Part shown: positions 7,798 to 16,693 of the stretch, in pieces
Layout of the letters: every line of letters begins with the position of its first letter
Position numbering within the stretch: the first letter of the stretch is position 1
Origin: Candidatus Saccharimonadota bacterium
Lineage (GTDB): Bacteria > Patescibacteriota > Gracilibacteria > UBA1369 > 2-02-FULL-48-14
DNA length: 32,000 nt
NCBI GenBank assembly: GCA_016699145.1
Contig: CP064962.1
Span: 1,170,001-1,202,000, forward strand
Direction: 5' to 3'
Notes under the pieces: generated by a model
Databases searched by the model: none
What the model saw: the letters and a program-made list of their open reading frames with translations, nothing else
Told to the model about the DNA's origin: nothing
Made by a program: the position numbers and the translations under genes

Positions 7798-8267
7798 TTA
7801 TTCCAACGCAATGGTTTGGAATATAAAAAAACAAACTCAGTTCCATCAGGATAAGAAGCCTCATCCACAGGAGTGCAAAAGTTACCCTCTTTCGCAGGAT
7901 AGAGCCAAACCCCCTCAGGGCACAAAAGAGCTGTGGAGGGCTCGGTTTCGATCAGATGGGACCAGCTATGGCACATATTTCCGGCTGTATCTCCACGACT
8001 GTGGAAAGCCACAATCCAATTTTCTATATCACTCAAATCTCCGGCATCGGTTGAATACCGCAGCTTGCTTCCAGGAAAGCAGCGTTCGAAAGACTCAAAA
8101 GCATTGGGCTTTATGAGTTCAATACACTCCTTCACCCGCAGCTCAACGGCTGCACTCACACGTTCGGCTGCTTGACGTGCTCGATAGTCGGCAATAGGTT
8201 CAGCCGCCCATGCGGCACTTACGGCGAAAAGGCTCAAAATTAGACGACAATCTGCTGTTTTTTTCAA
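7728..8267 (-). CDS. alpha/beta hydrolase, N-terminal segment with signal peptide (frameshifted gene; merged span 7369..8267)
   Basis: TTG start. Signal-peptide-like MKKTADCRLILSLFAVSAAWA-AEP. The segment runs out of frame at ...KCGGGFGG and stops 15 codons later. Confidence 0.7.
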   Translation of the reverse strand: MKKTADCRLILSLFAVSAAWAAEPIADYRARQAAERVSAAVELRVKECIELIKPNAFESFERCFPGSKLRYSTDAGDLSDIENWIVAFHSRGDTAGNMCHSWSHLIETEPSTALLCPEGVWLYPAKEGNFCTPVDEASYPDGTEFVFLYSKPLRWNKCGGGFGGEMQLTKIVTAIMKRL

Positions 8268-8325
8268 GGTAAAATCTTTCTAAAGAGCAAAAACTGACTT
8301 CAAAGCATGCAAGAAATCGGTTAGA

Positions 8326-11300
8326 TTGTCTACTGATGCCACACCCAAAACAGCTTGCCATATCCCTTCTTGCTGCCGCCTTCTCTGTATTTTCAGCACA
8401 ATTTTGGCTTACGCCTCCATCACCAGCGGGGCTCTTTCAAGCACGGTAGAGGTCAACGACGCTACAGCGAATGGCCCCACCCTCACGAATGGAGACAACT
8501 ACGGGCGTTCTGTGGCAAGCCTTGGAGACCTGAATGGAGACGGAGTGGAAGACATAGTGGTGGGGGCAGATCAAGACGATGCAGGTTTCGGTGACGCCGG
8601 AGCAATTCACATCCATTTTATGAACACGGACGGTTCTATAGATAGCACGGTGGAAATCAATGATACAACAGCGAATGGGCCCACTCTAAGCGCCTCAGAC
8701 AACTATGGGGGCACAGTCGCAAATATTGGGGACTTGAATGGAGATGGAGTCGTAGATATTGCAGTAGGAGCTCCAGAGGACGATGCGGGTTTTACGGCTG
8801 CCGGAGCAATCCACATCCATTTTATGAACACGGATGGTTCTGTAGATAGTACAGTGGAAATCAATGATACCACTGTTGGCGGGCCCACCCTGAGCGGCTC
8901 AGACAACTATGGATGGGATATCACCAATATCGGTGATCTCAACGGGGATGGAGTGCAAGACCTTGCAGTAGGAGCTATTTTTGATGATGCAGGGGCCACT
9001 AATGCAGGGGCGGTACACATTCATTTCATGAACACGGATGGATCTGTAGACAGTACGGTAGAAATCAATAAAAACACTACGAATGGTCCTACGAACTTGA
9101 TCGCTCAAGATATTTTTGGAAATGGAGTTGCTGCTTTGGGTGATTTGGATGGGGATGGGGTGGAAGATTTGGCGGTAGGAGCTCCTTACAACAGCTCGGT
9201 AGGTACTAATGCAGATGATGAAGGGGCTGTCTATATTCTTTATTTGAACACCGATGGGTCCGTAGACAGCACGGTGGAACTCAATGAAAGCACCGTGAAT
9301 GGAGCCACTCTATCAGACGATGATGGTTACGGCACGGGATTGACTTCTATGGGAGATTTGAATGGAGATGGCGTGATAGACCTTGCCGTGGGCGCGCTAT
9401 TGGATGACGGCGCAGGCACCGATCGTGGAGCAGTTCACATTCATTTTATGAATACGGATGGATCTGTGGACAGTACGGTGGAAATCAATAGGGACACGAC
9501 CAATGGGCCCACTAGTCTCGCAAATTCAGACAGCTATGGGAGGCGTATAGCCAATATTGGAGATTTGGATGGGAATGGAGTCACCGATATGCTCGTTGGA
9601 AGTCCTTTGGACGATTCCAGTGGAGCCAATCGCGGTGCAGTTTACATACACTATTTTGATAAAACCACCTGGACCATTTCGGGTACAGTCTATTCCGATG
9701 AAGGCACCACACCCATGCCCGATGGTGCGACCATTCGCCTGCTTTTAGACGGAGTTTCGGTGGGAACCGACACACTCAATTCAGGGGATGGAACCTATTC
9801 TGTTTCGAGCATCGATCTCACTCAAGGCTCCGTGCTCACCGCCTACATTGATGACGACACAGCCAACGGGGCCACGGTGACTTTAGACAATACGGCAACA
9901 ATATCGGATCTCAACATTTATCAAAGCCATTTGATCGTACGTTCCGAAACCGCCTCAGCCGTCACCAACACCCACTTGGATACGGCCAACAATGCAGATC
10001 CCGGCACTTCCAGCGACGATCTCACTTCCCTTTATGATGTGGCTGGAGGCACCCTCACCCTGCAAAGTGGGAGCACACTTTTGGTGAATAGTGGAGACAC
10101 ATATCAACCTGGAGGAGCTTTAGATGTGAACGGAAACATCATCATTTCGGGTACTTTGAACAGCGCTGCAAACAGCATCAACGCGGCGGGGGCCTTTAAA
10201 AATTTAGGCACCCTCACTCACACAGGAACTCTCACATTAGACGGGACGAGTGCGCAGACTTTCAACCCCGGTTCATCCACCATCGGTTCTGATATCATCA
10301 TCAGCAACACCACCGCAGCCGTGAGTCTTTCAGCCAATGCACTCAACAATGGAGCCAACGACTTCACCCTTCAAAGTGGGACGATTTTCGACTTCAACAA
10401 TCTAAACATCACCATTGGTGGAACGTTTTCCAATTTGGGAACGGTTCGCTTGATTGGAAGTGAAACGATCAGTCTCACACAAGACACCAATTCTGGAACT
10501 TGGGAATATTTAGGCAACGGAACAGGCTCGGCCGACACGCACACCATTAAAGATTTCGGCTCCCCTGATTATTACCATCTCACCATCAACGACAGCGCCG
10601 CCAGTAATTCGGATACCTTTCAGGCCGGAGGAACCTTGCGTGTGGATGGAGATTTAACCGTGACCGATGGAGCCTTTTCAGGCTCAAACCAAACCCTCGA
10701 TTTCAATGGGGCCGTGAGCATAGGGGCCGCCGGAGCCATGACCGCCACTTCCGGCACTATGACTGTGGCCGGCAACTGGACAAAAAACGGAACCTTCACT
10801 CACAACTCAGGAACGGTGACTTTTGATGGAACCAACCAAAGCGTGACGGGCTCCACGACATTTAATAATTGGACCAAGGCCGTGAGCAGCGCAGCCACGC
10901 TGACTTTAGCCGCTTCCTCCACCCAAACCATTGTAGGGACTTTGACGTGGACGGGTGCTTCTTCTCAACTTTTATCCATTCGCAGCAGCGTTACAGATAC
11001 TCAGGCCATTATCGATCCACAGGGTACAAGGACAGTGGAATATTTGGATGTGAAAGACAACAACAATCAAAATGGAACCACCGTCACATGCAGCACCGGC
11101 TGTGTGAGTTCCGGCAACAACACCAATTGGACGATTGGAACCCCCGGCTTCACCATCAGCGCAATCAGTGGGAACACCACCGAGGCTGGCGGCACCGCTA
11201 CCTTCACAGCTGTATTAACCAGCCAACCTACGGCCGATGTGACCTTTGGAATCACGAGTAACGACACGACCGAAGGAACCGTTTCACCCGCTTCGCTCAC

Positions 11301-12849
11301 CTTCACAAATGGCAACTGGAACACCCCTCAAACCGTCACCGTGACCGGAGTGAATGACTTTGTGGACGATGGCGACATTGCCTACAGCATTGTGAACGCA
11401 GCCGCCACTTCAGCGGATGGCACTTACAACAATTTGAATCCCAGCGATGTGAGCGTCACCAACACGGACAACGATACCGCAGGCTTCACCATCAGCGCGA
11501 TCAGTGGGAACACCACCGAGGCTGGCGGTACAGCCACGTTCACTGCCGTTTTAACGAGCCAACCTTCCGCCGATGTGACCTTTGGAATCACGAGCAACGA
11601 CACCAGCGAAGGAACGGTTTCACCTTCCTCACTCACTTTCACGGACGCGAATTGGAGCACCCCGCAAACCGTCACCGCAACCGGTGTGAACGACTTCATC
11701 GACGATGGCGACATTGCTTACAGCATTGTGAACGCAGCCGCGACTTCAGCCGATGGCACCTACAATAATTTGAATCCCAGCGATGTGAGCGTGACCAACA
11801 CGGATAACGACACCGCCGGAATCACCGTGAGCACCATCAGCGGAGACACGACAGAAGACGGAGGAACCGCCACTTATACGGCCGTTTTAACGAGCCAACC
11901 TACGGCCGATGTGACCTTTGGCATCACGAGCAACGACACCAGCGAAGGAACCGTATCGCCCGCTTCACTCACTTTCACGGACGCGAATTGGAGCACGCCC
12001 CAAACCGTCACCGTGACCGGAGTGGACGATGGTTTAGGTGATGGGACGGTGGCTTATAGCATCATCAATGCAGCGGCGAGTTCTGGGGACAGCAATTACA
12101 ACAATTTCAATCCTAGTGACGTGAGCGTGAACAACACCGACAACGACACTCCAGCCATCAGCGTCAGCCCCATCAGCGGAAACACCACGGAGGTGGGAGG
12201 AACCGCCACTTACACGGTGGAACTCACCACTCAACCCTCCGCCGATGTGACCTTTGGAATCACGAGCGACGACACTAGCGAAGGAACCGTTTCACCCGCT
12301 TCGCTCACCTTCACAAACGGCAACTGGAGTACGCCGCAAACCGTCACCGTAACGGGAGTGAATGACTTTGTCGATGATGGAGACATTGCTTACAACATCA
12401 TCAATGCAGCAGCCAGCTCTGCGGACGGGGATTACAACAATTTGAATCCTAGCGATATAAACGTAACGAACACGGACAACGACACCGTGGGCATCACCGT
12501 GACTGAATCAAGTGGCAGCACCAATGCAACGGAAGGCGGCAGCACCGACAGCTACACGGTGATGCTGAATACCGAGCCCACTGCAAGTGTCACGGTTTCC
12601 TTCACCGTGGGTTCACAACTTTCCTTGAGCGACAGCAGTTTCATCTTCACGAGCGGCAACTGGAACACCCCCCAAACGTTAACCGTGACCGCCGTGAATG
12701 ACCTCGTGGCCGAAGGCGCACACGGCGGCGGTGAGTCATACTGTTTCCAGTGTGGATGGAACTTACAATGGAATGAATGTAAGCGCCGTCACAGTCAACA
12801 TCACCGACAACGATACCGCGGGCTTCACCATCAGCGCCATCAGCGGTAA
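8326..12849 (+). CDS. giant surface/S-layer-type protein, segment 1 (FG-GAP blades, beta-helix-like region, tandem Ig-like repeats)
   Basis: 1,507-aa ORF with a TTG start and a hydrophobic N-terminus. Carries six FG-GAP-type units with GDLNGDGVxD, a Thr/Gly/Asn-rich region with GxLxxxGTLTL-type repeats, then 112-aa repeats. The last ~40 codons are out-of-frame junk (…GGGESYCFQCGWNLQWNECKRRH). Confidence 0.85.
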   Translation: MSTDATPKTACHIPSCCRLLCIFSTILAYASITSGALSSTVEVNDATANGPTLTNGDNYGRSVASLGDLNGDGVEDIVVGADQDDAGFGDAGAIHIHFMNTDGSIDSTVEINDTTANGPTLSASDNYGGTVANIGDLNGDGVVDIAVGAPEDDAGFTAAGAIHIHFMNTDGSVDSTVEINDTTVGGPTLSGSDNYGWDITNIGDLNGDGVQDLAVGAIFDDAGATNAGAVHIHFMNTDGSVDSTVEINKNTTNGPTNLIAQDIFGNGVAALGDLDGDGVEDLAVGAPYNSSVGTNADDEGAVYILYLNTDGSVDSTVELNESTVNGATLSDDDGYGTGLTSMGDLNGDGVIDLAVGALLDDGAGTDRGAVHIHFMNTDGSVDSTVEINRDTTNGPTSLANSDSYGRRIANIGDLDGNGVTDMLVGSPLDDSSGANRGAVYIHYFDKTTWTISGTVYSDEGTTPMPDGATIRLLLDGVSVGTDTLNSGDGTYSVSSIDLTQGSVLTAYIDDDTANGATVTLDNTATISDLNIYQSHLIVRSETASAVTNTHLDTANNADPGTSSDDLTSLYDVAGGTLTLQSGSTLLVNSGDTYQPGGALDVNGNIIISGTLNSAANSINAAGAFKNLGTLTHTGTLTLDGTSAQTFNPGSSTIGSDIIISNTTAAVSLSANALNNGANDFTLQSGTIFDFNNLNITIGGTFSNLGTVRLIGSETISLTQDTNSGTWEYLGNGTGSADTHTIKDFGSPDYYHLTINDSAASNSDTFQAGGTLRVDGDLTVTDGAFSGSNQTLDFNGAVSIGAAGAMTATSGTMTVAGNWTKNGTFTHNSGTVTFDGTNQSVTGSTTFNNWTKAVSSAATLTLAASSTQTIVGTLTWTGASSQLLSIRSSVTDTQAIIDPQGTRTVEYLDVKDNNNQNGTTVTCSTGCVSSGNNTNWTIGTPGFTISAISGNTTEAGGTATFTAVLTSQPTADVTFGITSNDTTEGTVSPASLTFTNGNWNTPQTVTVTGVNDFVDDGDIAYSIVNAAATSADGTYNNLNPSDVSVTNTDNDTAGFTISAISGNTTEAGGTATFTAVLTSQPSADVTFGITSNDTSEGTVSPSSLTFTDANWSTPQTVTATGVNDFIDDGDIAYSIVNAAATSADGTYNNLNPSDVSVTNTDNDTAGITVSTISGDTTEDGGTATYTAVLTSQPTADVTFGITSNDTSEGTVSPASLTFTDANWSTPQTVTVTGVDDGLGDGTVAYSIINAAASSGDSNYNNFNPSDVSVNNTDNDTPAISVSPISGNTTEVGGTATYTVELTTQPSADVTFGITSDDTSEGTVSPASLTFTNGNWSTPQTVTVTGVNDFVDDGDIAYNIINAAASSADGDYNNLNPSDINVTNTDNDTVGITVTESSGSTNATEGGSTDSYTVMLNTEPTASVTVSFTVGSQLSLSDSSFIFTSGNWNTPQTLTVTAVNDLVAEGAHGGGESYCFQCGWNLQWNECKRRHSQHHRQRYRGLHHQRHQR
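8431..9660 (+). repeat. six tandem ~68-72-aa FG-GAP/integrin-alpha-type repeats (coding)
   Basis: Recurring unit: VEINDTTANGPTL..DNYG..V..IGDLNGDGV.D.AVGA..DD.G...AGA.HIHFMNTDGSVDST. Confidence 0.8.
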
Positions 12850-14161
12850 CACCACCGAGGCCGGAGCAACAGCCACGTTCACGGCGGTCCTCACCAGCCA
12901 ACCCACGGCCGACGTGACTTTTGGAATCACCAGCAATGACACTAGCGAAGGAACCGTTTCACCCGCTTCACTCACTTTCACAGACGCGAATTGGAACACA
13001 CCTCAAACGGTGACCGTGACCGGCGTGAATGACTTTTTAGACGATGGCGACATTGCCTACAGCATTGTGAACGCAGCCGCGACTTCAGCAGATGGCACTT
13101 ACAACACATTGAACCCCAGTGATGTGAACGTCTCCAATACGGACAACGACACCGCCGGCATCACCATCAGTGCCATTTCAGGCAATGTGGCGGAGTCCGG
13201 CACCACCGCCACCTACACCGCCAATTTAAGCAGCCAACCCACGGCCGATGTGACCTTTGGAATCACGAGCAGCGACACCAGCGAAGGAACCGTTTCACCT
13301 TCTTCACTCACCTTCACGAGCGGCAACTGGAACACGCCTCAAACGGTGACCGTGACGGGCGTGGACGACTTCTTGAGTGATGGCACCGTGGCATTCAATA
13401 TCATCAATGCAGCCGCGAGTTCAGCAGACAGTGGCTATAACAATTTGAATCCCGCCGACCTTTCGGTTTCTTGTACGGATGACGATACCGCTTCCGTTGT
13501 TTTAACACAGTCGGGGGGCAACACTTCCGTGGCCGAAGGAGGGGTAACGGACAGTTTCACTTTAGAGCTCACCACTCAACCCAGCGACGATGTCACCGTG
13601 ACCTTCACCGGCAGTGCACAAATCAGCTTGAGTGCCCCCACTATGACTTTCACGAGCGGCAACTGGAACACGCCTCAAACGCTGACAGTTAGCGCCGTCA
13701 ACGACGCCATTGCTGAAGGCACACACGGCACCACTATCGCTTTTGCCATAAATAGCAATGACAGCAGTTACAATGGCTTTGTCTTGAGCGATGTGAGTGT
13801 ATCCATCACCGACAACGACACCGCAGGTTTCACCGTGAGTGCGGCCTCAGGCAACGGTTCTGAAGCAGGAAGCACCGCGACTTACACCGTTTCACTCACC
13901 TCGGAACCCACCGCAAGTGTCACTTTCAGCATCGCCAGCAGCAATGCCAGCGTCGGCACCGTTTCACCCTCTTCACTCACCTTCACCAACGCCACATGGA
14001 ACACCCCACAAACGGTGACCATCACCGGCGTGGACAATAGTATTGTGGATGGCACCGTGGCGTTCAGCATTGTGAATGCCGCAGCCACTTCCGCAGACAG
14101 TTTTTACAACAACTTGAATCCCAGTGACGTCTCTTTGTCTCGCACCGACAACGACGAAGCA
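11146..14161 (+). repeat. nine tandem ~336-bp (112-aa) coding repeats, Ig-like/Calx-beta- or cadherin-like
   Basis: Units start at 11146, 11482 and 11818, an exact 336-nt period, and continue from there. Consensus: GFTISAISGNTTEAGGTATFTAVLTSQPTADVTFGITSNDTSEGTVSPASLTFT..NWNTPQTVTVTGVNDF.DDGDIAYSIVNAAATSADGTYNNLNPSDVSVTNTDNDTA. Two divergent type-B units contain ...LTVTAVND..AEG.H. Confidence 0.9.
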
Positions 14162-14878
14162 GAAAGTGAAGGTGGCGGTTCTTCAGAGGGAACAGTACGT
14201 TCAGGTGGTTCGGGAAGTTCAGGGTCCACGCCTCAGAGCGACGAGGAAATCCAAAATTCCTTAGATGAATGGGAGGCAGAAATTCAAGAAGATCACTGGT
14301 CTGAATCTTACATTAAAGATTTATTGACCGAGCCCTATGTCATTGAAATCGCCATCCACACGAATCTCACTCTGGCCGTCATTCGAGATTTCTTACTGAC
14401 TCCTGACCTCACGCTGCACCGTGGAGACGCCATTATTTTCTTATTGACCCAGCGAGGAGTGGACATTTCTCAAGTCACAGTAGACACCGGTCGTTTGAGT
14501 TTCAGCGACGTCAATGAAGACAACATGAGAGTGGCTTACATTGAATACGCCGCCGACCAAGGTTTGGTGGATGGATACCCCGACGGCACTTTTAAACCTT
14601 TGCGCAGTTTGAATCGCGCCGAGGCCCTCAAACTCGTTTTCACTTTTTATGATGCGGAAGTAGAAACCGACTTATTTGGGGATGAACTGTTGGCTCACTA
14701 CCACTTGACCAGCAATCCTTTCTCAGATGTAGATTTGAATCAATGGTATGCCCCTTACGTTCTTTATGCCTACGACCAAGGCATCATAGTGGGTTACGGG
14801 GACGGCACCTATAAACCCGACCGCTTGATCAGCCACGCAGAACTATTAAAGATCGCTTCGTTGAGTGTGGAGCAGTGA
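12698..14878 (+). CDS. giant surface/S-layer-type protein, segment 2 (tandem repeats + three SLH domains); merged gene 8326..14878
   Basis: Continues the same 112-aa repeat series in the +1 frame. The C-terminus carries SLH-type units (HWSESYIKDL...; FSDVNEDNMRVAYIEYAADQGLVDGYPDGTFKPLRSLNRAEALK; FSDVDLNQWYAPYVLYAYDQGIIVGYGDGTYKPDRLISHAELLK). Confidence 0.85.
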   Translation: MTSWPKAHTAAVSHTVSSVDGTYNGMNVSAVTVNITDNDTAGFTISAISGNTTEAGATATFTAVLTSQPTADVTFGITSNDTSEGTVSPASLTFTDANWNTPQTVTVTGVNDFLDDGDIAYSIVNAAATSADGTYNTLNPSDVNVSNTDNDTAGITISAISGNVAESGTTATYTANLSSQPTADVTFGITSSDTSEGTVSPSSLTFTSGNWNTPQTVTVTGVDDFLSDGTVAFNIINAAASSADSGYNNLNPADLSVSCTDDDTASVVLTQSGGNTSVAEGGVTDSFTLELTTQPSDDVTVTFTGSAQISLSAPTMTFTSGNWNTPQTLTVSAVNDAIAEGTHGTTIAFAINSNDSSYNGFVLSDVSVSITDNDTAGFTVSAASGNGSEAGSTATYTVSLTSEPTASVTFSIASSNASVGTVSPSSLTFTNATWNTPQTVTITGVDNSIVDGTVAFSIVNAAATSADSFYNNLNPSDVSLSRTDNDEAESEGGGSSEGTVRSGGSGSSGSTPQSDEEIQNSLDEWEAEIQEDHWSESYIKDLLTEPYVIEIAIHTNLTLAVIRDFLLTPDLTLHRGDAIIFLLTQRGVDISQVTVDTGRLSFSDVNEDNMRVAYIEYAADQGLVDGYPDGTFKPLRSLNRAEALKLVFTFYDAEVETDLFGDELLAHYHLTSNPFSDVDLNQWYAPYVLYAYDQGIIVGYGDGTYKPDRLISHAELLKIASLSVEQ

Positions 14879-14912
14879 GGGGGTACTCTAATCGCTATAT
14901 CCAACCCAACTC

Positions 14913-15089
14913 TCATTTATTTTCCATGCCCCCTTTTTCCCGAAAAGCAGGAATAGTTTGACGTTTTGCCGCATTGATTAGAGGAGGGAATCCATATTGT
15001 TTCAACTGCAAATTCATCAAGACCCTTCCCATGCGACCATTCCCATCACAAAAAGGGTGGATGTGCTCAAATTCACGATTAATCGTCAA
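14913..15089 (-). pseudogene. Fic-domain gene remnant (core motif and C-terminus only)
   Basis: Minus-strand translation: [58 protein letters not shown]. It contains HPFxDGNGRxxR but has no N-terminal two-thirds and no start codon. It sits immediately 3' of the intact Fic gene, in a different frame. Confidence 0.65.
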
Positions 15090-15099
15090 AAACAGTGAC

Positions 15100-16032
15100 T
15101 CATCTTCGATGAGCCTTCTGATAACGTAAGACCGCTTCTTTTGAAGAAAGCCAATTTCGCCCTTCTTTGAAAGCCTCTAACTTTCCTTGAGTGGCTAATT
15201 TTCGTAAATAAGTGGCAGAGTAGGGGGAATCTTTACTCAACTCTTTTAGCTCCAAGTACTGCCCACTTTTAGCCCGAGAAGGCTTCAGTATTTTAAGATA
15301 AATATTCAAACTGCGTATGACGGACTGCGCCACGAATTCACAGAGGGGTTTGTAATTTCCCTTATCCGCTTCATGTAAAACTCTGTAGTAACGTTTACGA
15401 TCATTCTTTAGTATGATGGCCAAAGGGTAGCCTCCCTGTATGATTAAAATATTCATGAGGAGCCGACCTGTCCTTCCATTTCCATCCCAAAAAGGATGAA
15501 TGGCTACAAATTTATAATGCAACAGAGCTGCCAACTCTACAGGATCATGCTTCTTTTTTTCTTTACTCATCCATCTAATTAAATCATGCATTTTTGCGGG
15601 AATTTCAAAACCATTGGGCGGACGATGGTCACTACCTGAGATATAAACCTCGCCATCCCTGTAATTCCCAGCGATCTCTCTTTGTGAATCTTGTACCACC
15701 AAATGATGAAGCTGTTTAATGAGGTGTTCCGAGACGGTATTTTTTTGACTTGAATCGACGAGTTCATAGAGAAAGTCCAGAGCCTCTTTATGGTTTTTGG
15801 CCTCCAAATGATCTTTAAGAGGTTTGTCTTTCATGGTCAATCCTTCTTGAATGACCCAAAAAGTTTCCTTGAGAGTCAAAGAATTCCCTTCTATCGCGTT
15901 TGAGTTATAGGTCATCTCAATTGAAAATTGCTCGCGGATTTTATTCAACAAAGCGGGCGAGATAGGCCTCAGTTTTTTTAGGATCTTGAGCTTCTCGTGA
16001 AGAATCTGAAGAGTATTTTGTGACAGGAACAT
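15100..16032 (-). CDS. Fic family protein (AMPylase-type) with an N-terminal inhibitory motif and a C-terminal wHTH-like tail
   Basis: Fic core motif [14 protein letters not shown] (15463-15498). SNAIEG (15886-15903) fits the (S/T)xxxE(G/N) inhibitory helix located N-terminal of the core. I prefer the ATG at 16032 over the TTG at 16053. Confidence 0.9.
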   Translation of the reverse strand: MFLSQNTLQILHEKLKILKKLRPISPALLNKIREQFSIEMTYNSNAIEGNSLTLKETFWVIQEGLTMKDKPLKDHLEAKNHKEALDFLYELVDSSQKNTVSEHLIKQLHHLVVQDSQREIAGNYRDGEVYISGSDHRPPNGFEIPAKMHDLIRWMSKEKKKHDPVELAALLHYKFVAIHPFWDGNGRTGRLLMNILIIQGGYPLAIILKNDRKRYYRVLHEADKGNYKPLCEFVAQSVIRSLNIYLKILKPSRAKSGQYLELKELSKDSPYSATYLRKLATQGKLEAFKEGRNWLSSKEAVLRYQKAHRR

Positions 16033-16038
16033 AGTAAA

Positions 16039-16071
16039 GGTACGATAATTCAATTTCTGATATATCGTACC
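16039..16071. promoter_or_regulatory. perfect 9-bp inverted repeat just upstream of the fic start (candidate operator or 5'-UTR hairpin)
   Basis: GGTACGATA (16039-16047), 15 nt, then TATCGTACC (16063-16071). The proximal arm ends 7 nt from the fic ATG. Confidence 0.25.
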
Positions 16072-16111
16072 CTAGTTAATATTAAAACTCAAGTAGGATT
16101 TTATAAGAAAT

Positions 16112-16229
16112 TGGAGCGGATGAGGGGAATATTCTGCGCTTCGCTTGAATGCACAGCCGTCGTCGCTCGGAAATGAAAAGCACTCGTAAAAAGTATAGCA
16201 AAAAGATAGCAAATTTGAGAGTGCTTTCC
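16112..16229 (-). repeat. att-like direct repeat, copy 1: 19-nt tRNA-Gly 3'-end core + ~100-nt arm
   Basis: TGGAGCGGATGAGGGGAAT followed by ATTCTGCGCTTCGCTTGAATGCACAGCC...GAGAGTGCTTTCC. 118 nt, identical to copy 2 except for one A/G difference and a 2-nt indel. Confidence 0.9.
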
Positions 16230-16242
16230 GTTTTCAAAACTT

Positions 16243-16476
16243 TTACCGCTCATAAACGGCTAAAAATTCTTCCACACTAACTTTCGCCTGTCTCAAAATC
16301 CCGTGCAAAGTTCCAGTAGCCAACTCTTTATGCATAGGGACAACACATCCAAATTCCTGTTTCCCCTCAACTTTCTTCAAGACAACGTGACTCCCTTTCT
16401 GCCTAACATAAACAAAACCCAACCGCCCGAGTATTTTAATAACTTCTTTACCCGAAAGGCGAGGGAGCTTAGGCAT
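16243..16476 (-). CDS. hicA: HicA mRNA-interferase toxin
   Basis: MPKLPRLSGKEVIKILGRLGFVYVRQKGSHVVLKK...VPMHKELATGTLHGILRQA is the typical HicA/YcfA pattern (GSH, P.H.kel..GTL). Overlaps hicB by 8 nt. Confidence 0.9.
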   Translation of the reverse strand: MPKLPRLSGKEVIKILGRLGFVYVRQKGSHVVLKKVEGKQEFGCVVPMHKELATGTLHGILRQAKVSVEEFLAVYER

Positions 16477-16678
16477 GGCTAACTTCGAAGGTAGTTAAAA
16501 GCGGATTCGAAGTGGTGTATTCAGGGAACTCTTCTAAATACAATTCAGTAGCTTCTTTCAAGTTAGCCAAAGCCAATTCAACAGATTCTCCTTGGCTCAC
16601 CGTTCCTACTTGGGGGCACTCGGCGACATAGAGCTTACCGTCTTTATAGACCACTGCTGAAAAAGTGAAGGTTTTCAT
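16469..16678 (-). CDS. hicB: HicB-family antitoxin (short, UPF0150-type)
   Basis: MKTFTFSAVVYKDGKLYVAECPQVGTVSQGESVELALANLKEATELYLEE is the typical HicB N-domain. It lies upstream of and overlaps hicA. Confidence 0.85.
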   Translation of the reverse strand: MKTFTFSAVVYKDGKLYVAECPQVGTVSQGESVELALANLKEATELYLEEFPEYTTSNPLLTTFEVSHA

Positions 16679-16684
16679 AAATCA

Positions 16685-16693
16685 ATTATAGCA
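16685..16693 (-). promoter_or_regulatory. extended -10 element TGcTATAAT, 6 nt upstream of the hicB ATG
   Basis: Minus strand reads ...ttgttttGCTATAATtgatttATG. TATAAT is at 16690-16685 and TG at 16693-16692. The spacing predicts a leaderless or nearly leaderless hicBA mRNA. Confidence 0.4.

Noticed and set aside
11146-14161. Highly regular 336-bp periodic repeats, a CRISPR-like or satellite-like impression
   Set aside because: The period is a multiple of 3. The repeats are in frame inside a long ORF and encode a conserved 112-aa domain. There is no short repeat/unique spacer alternation and no cas genes.
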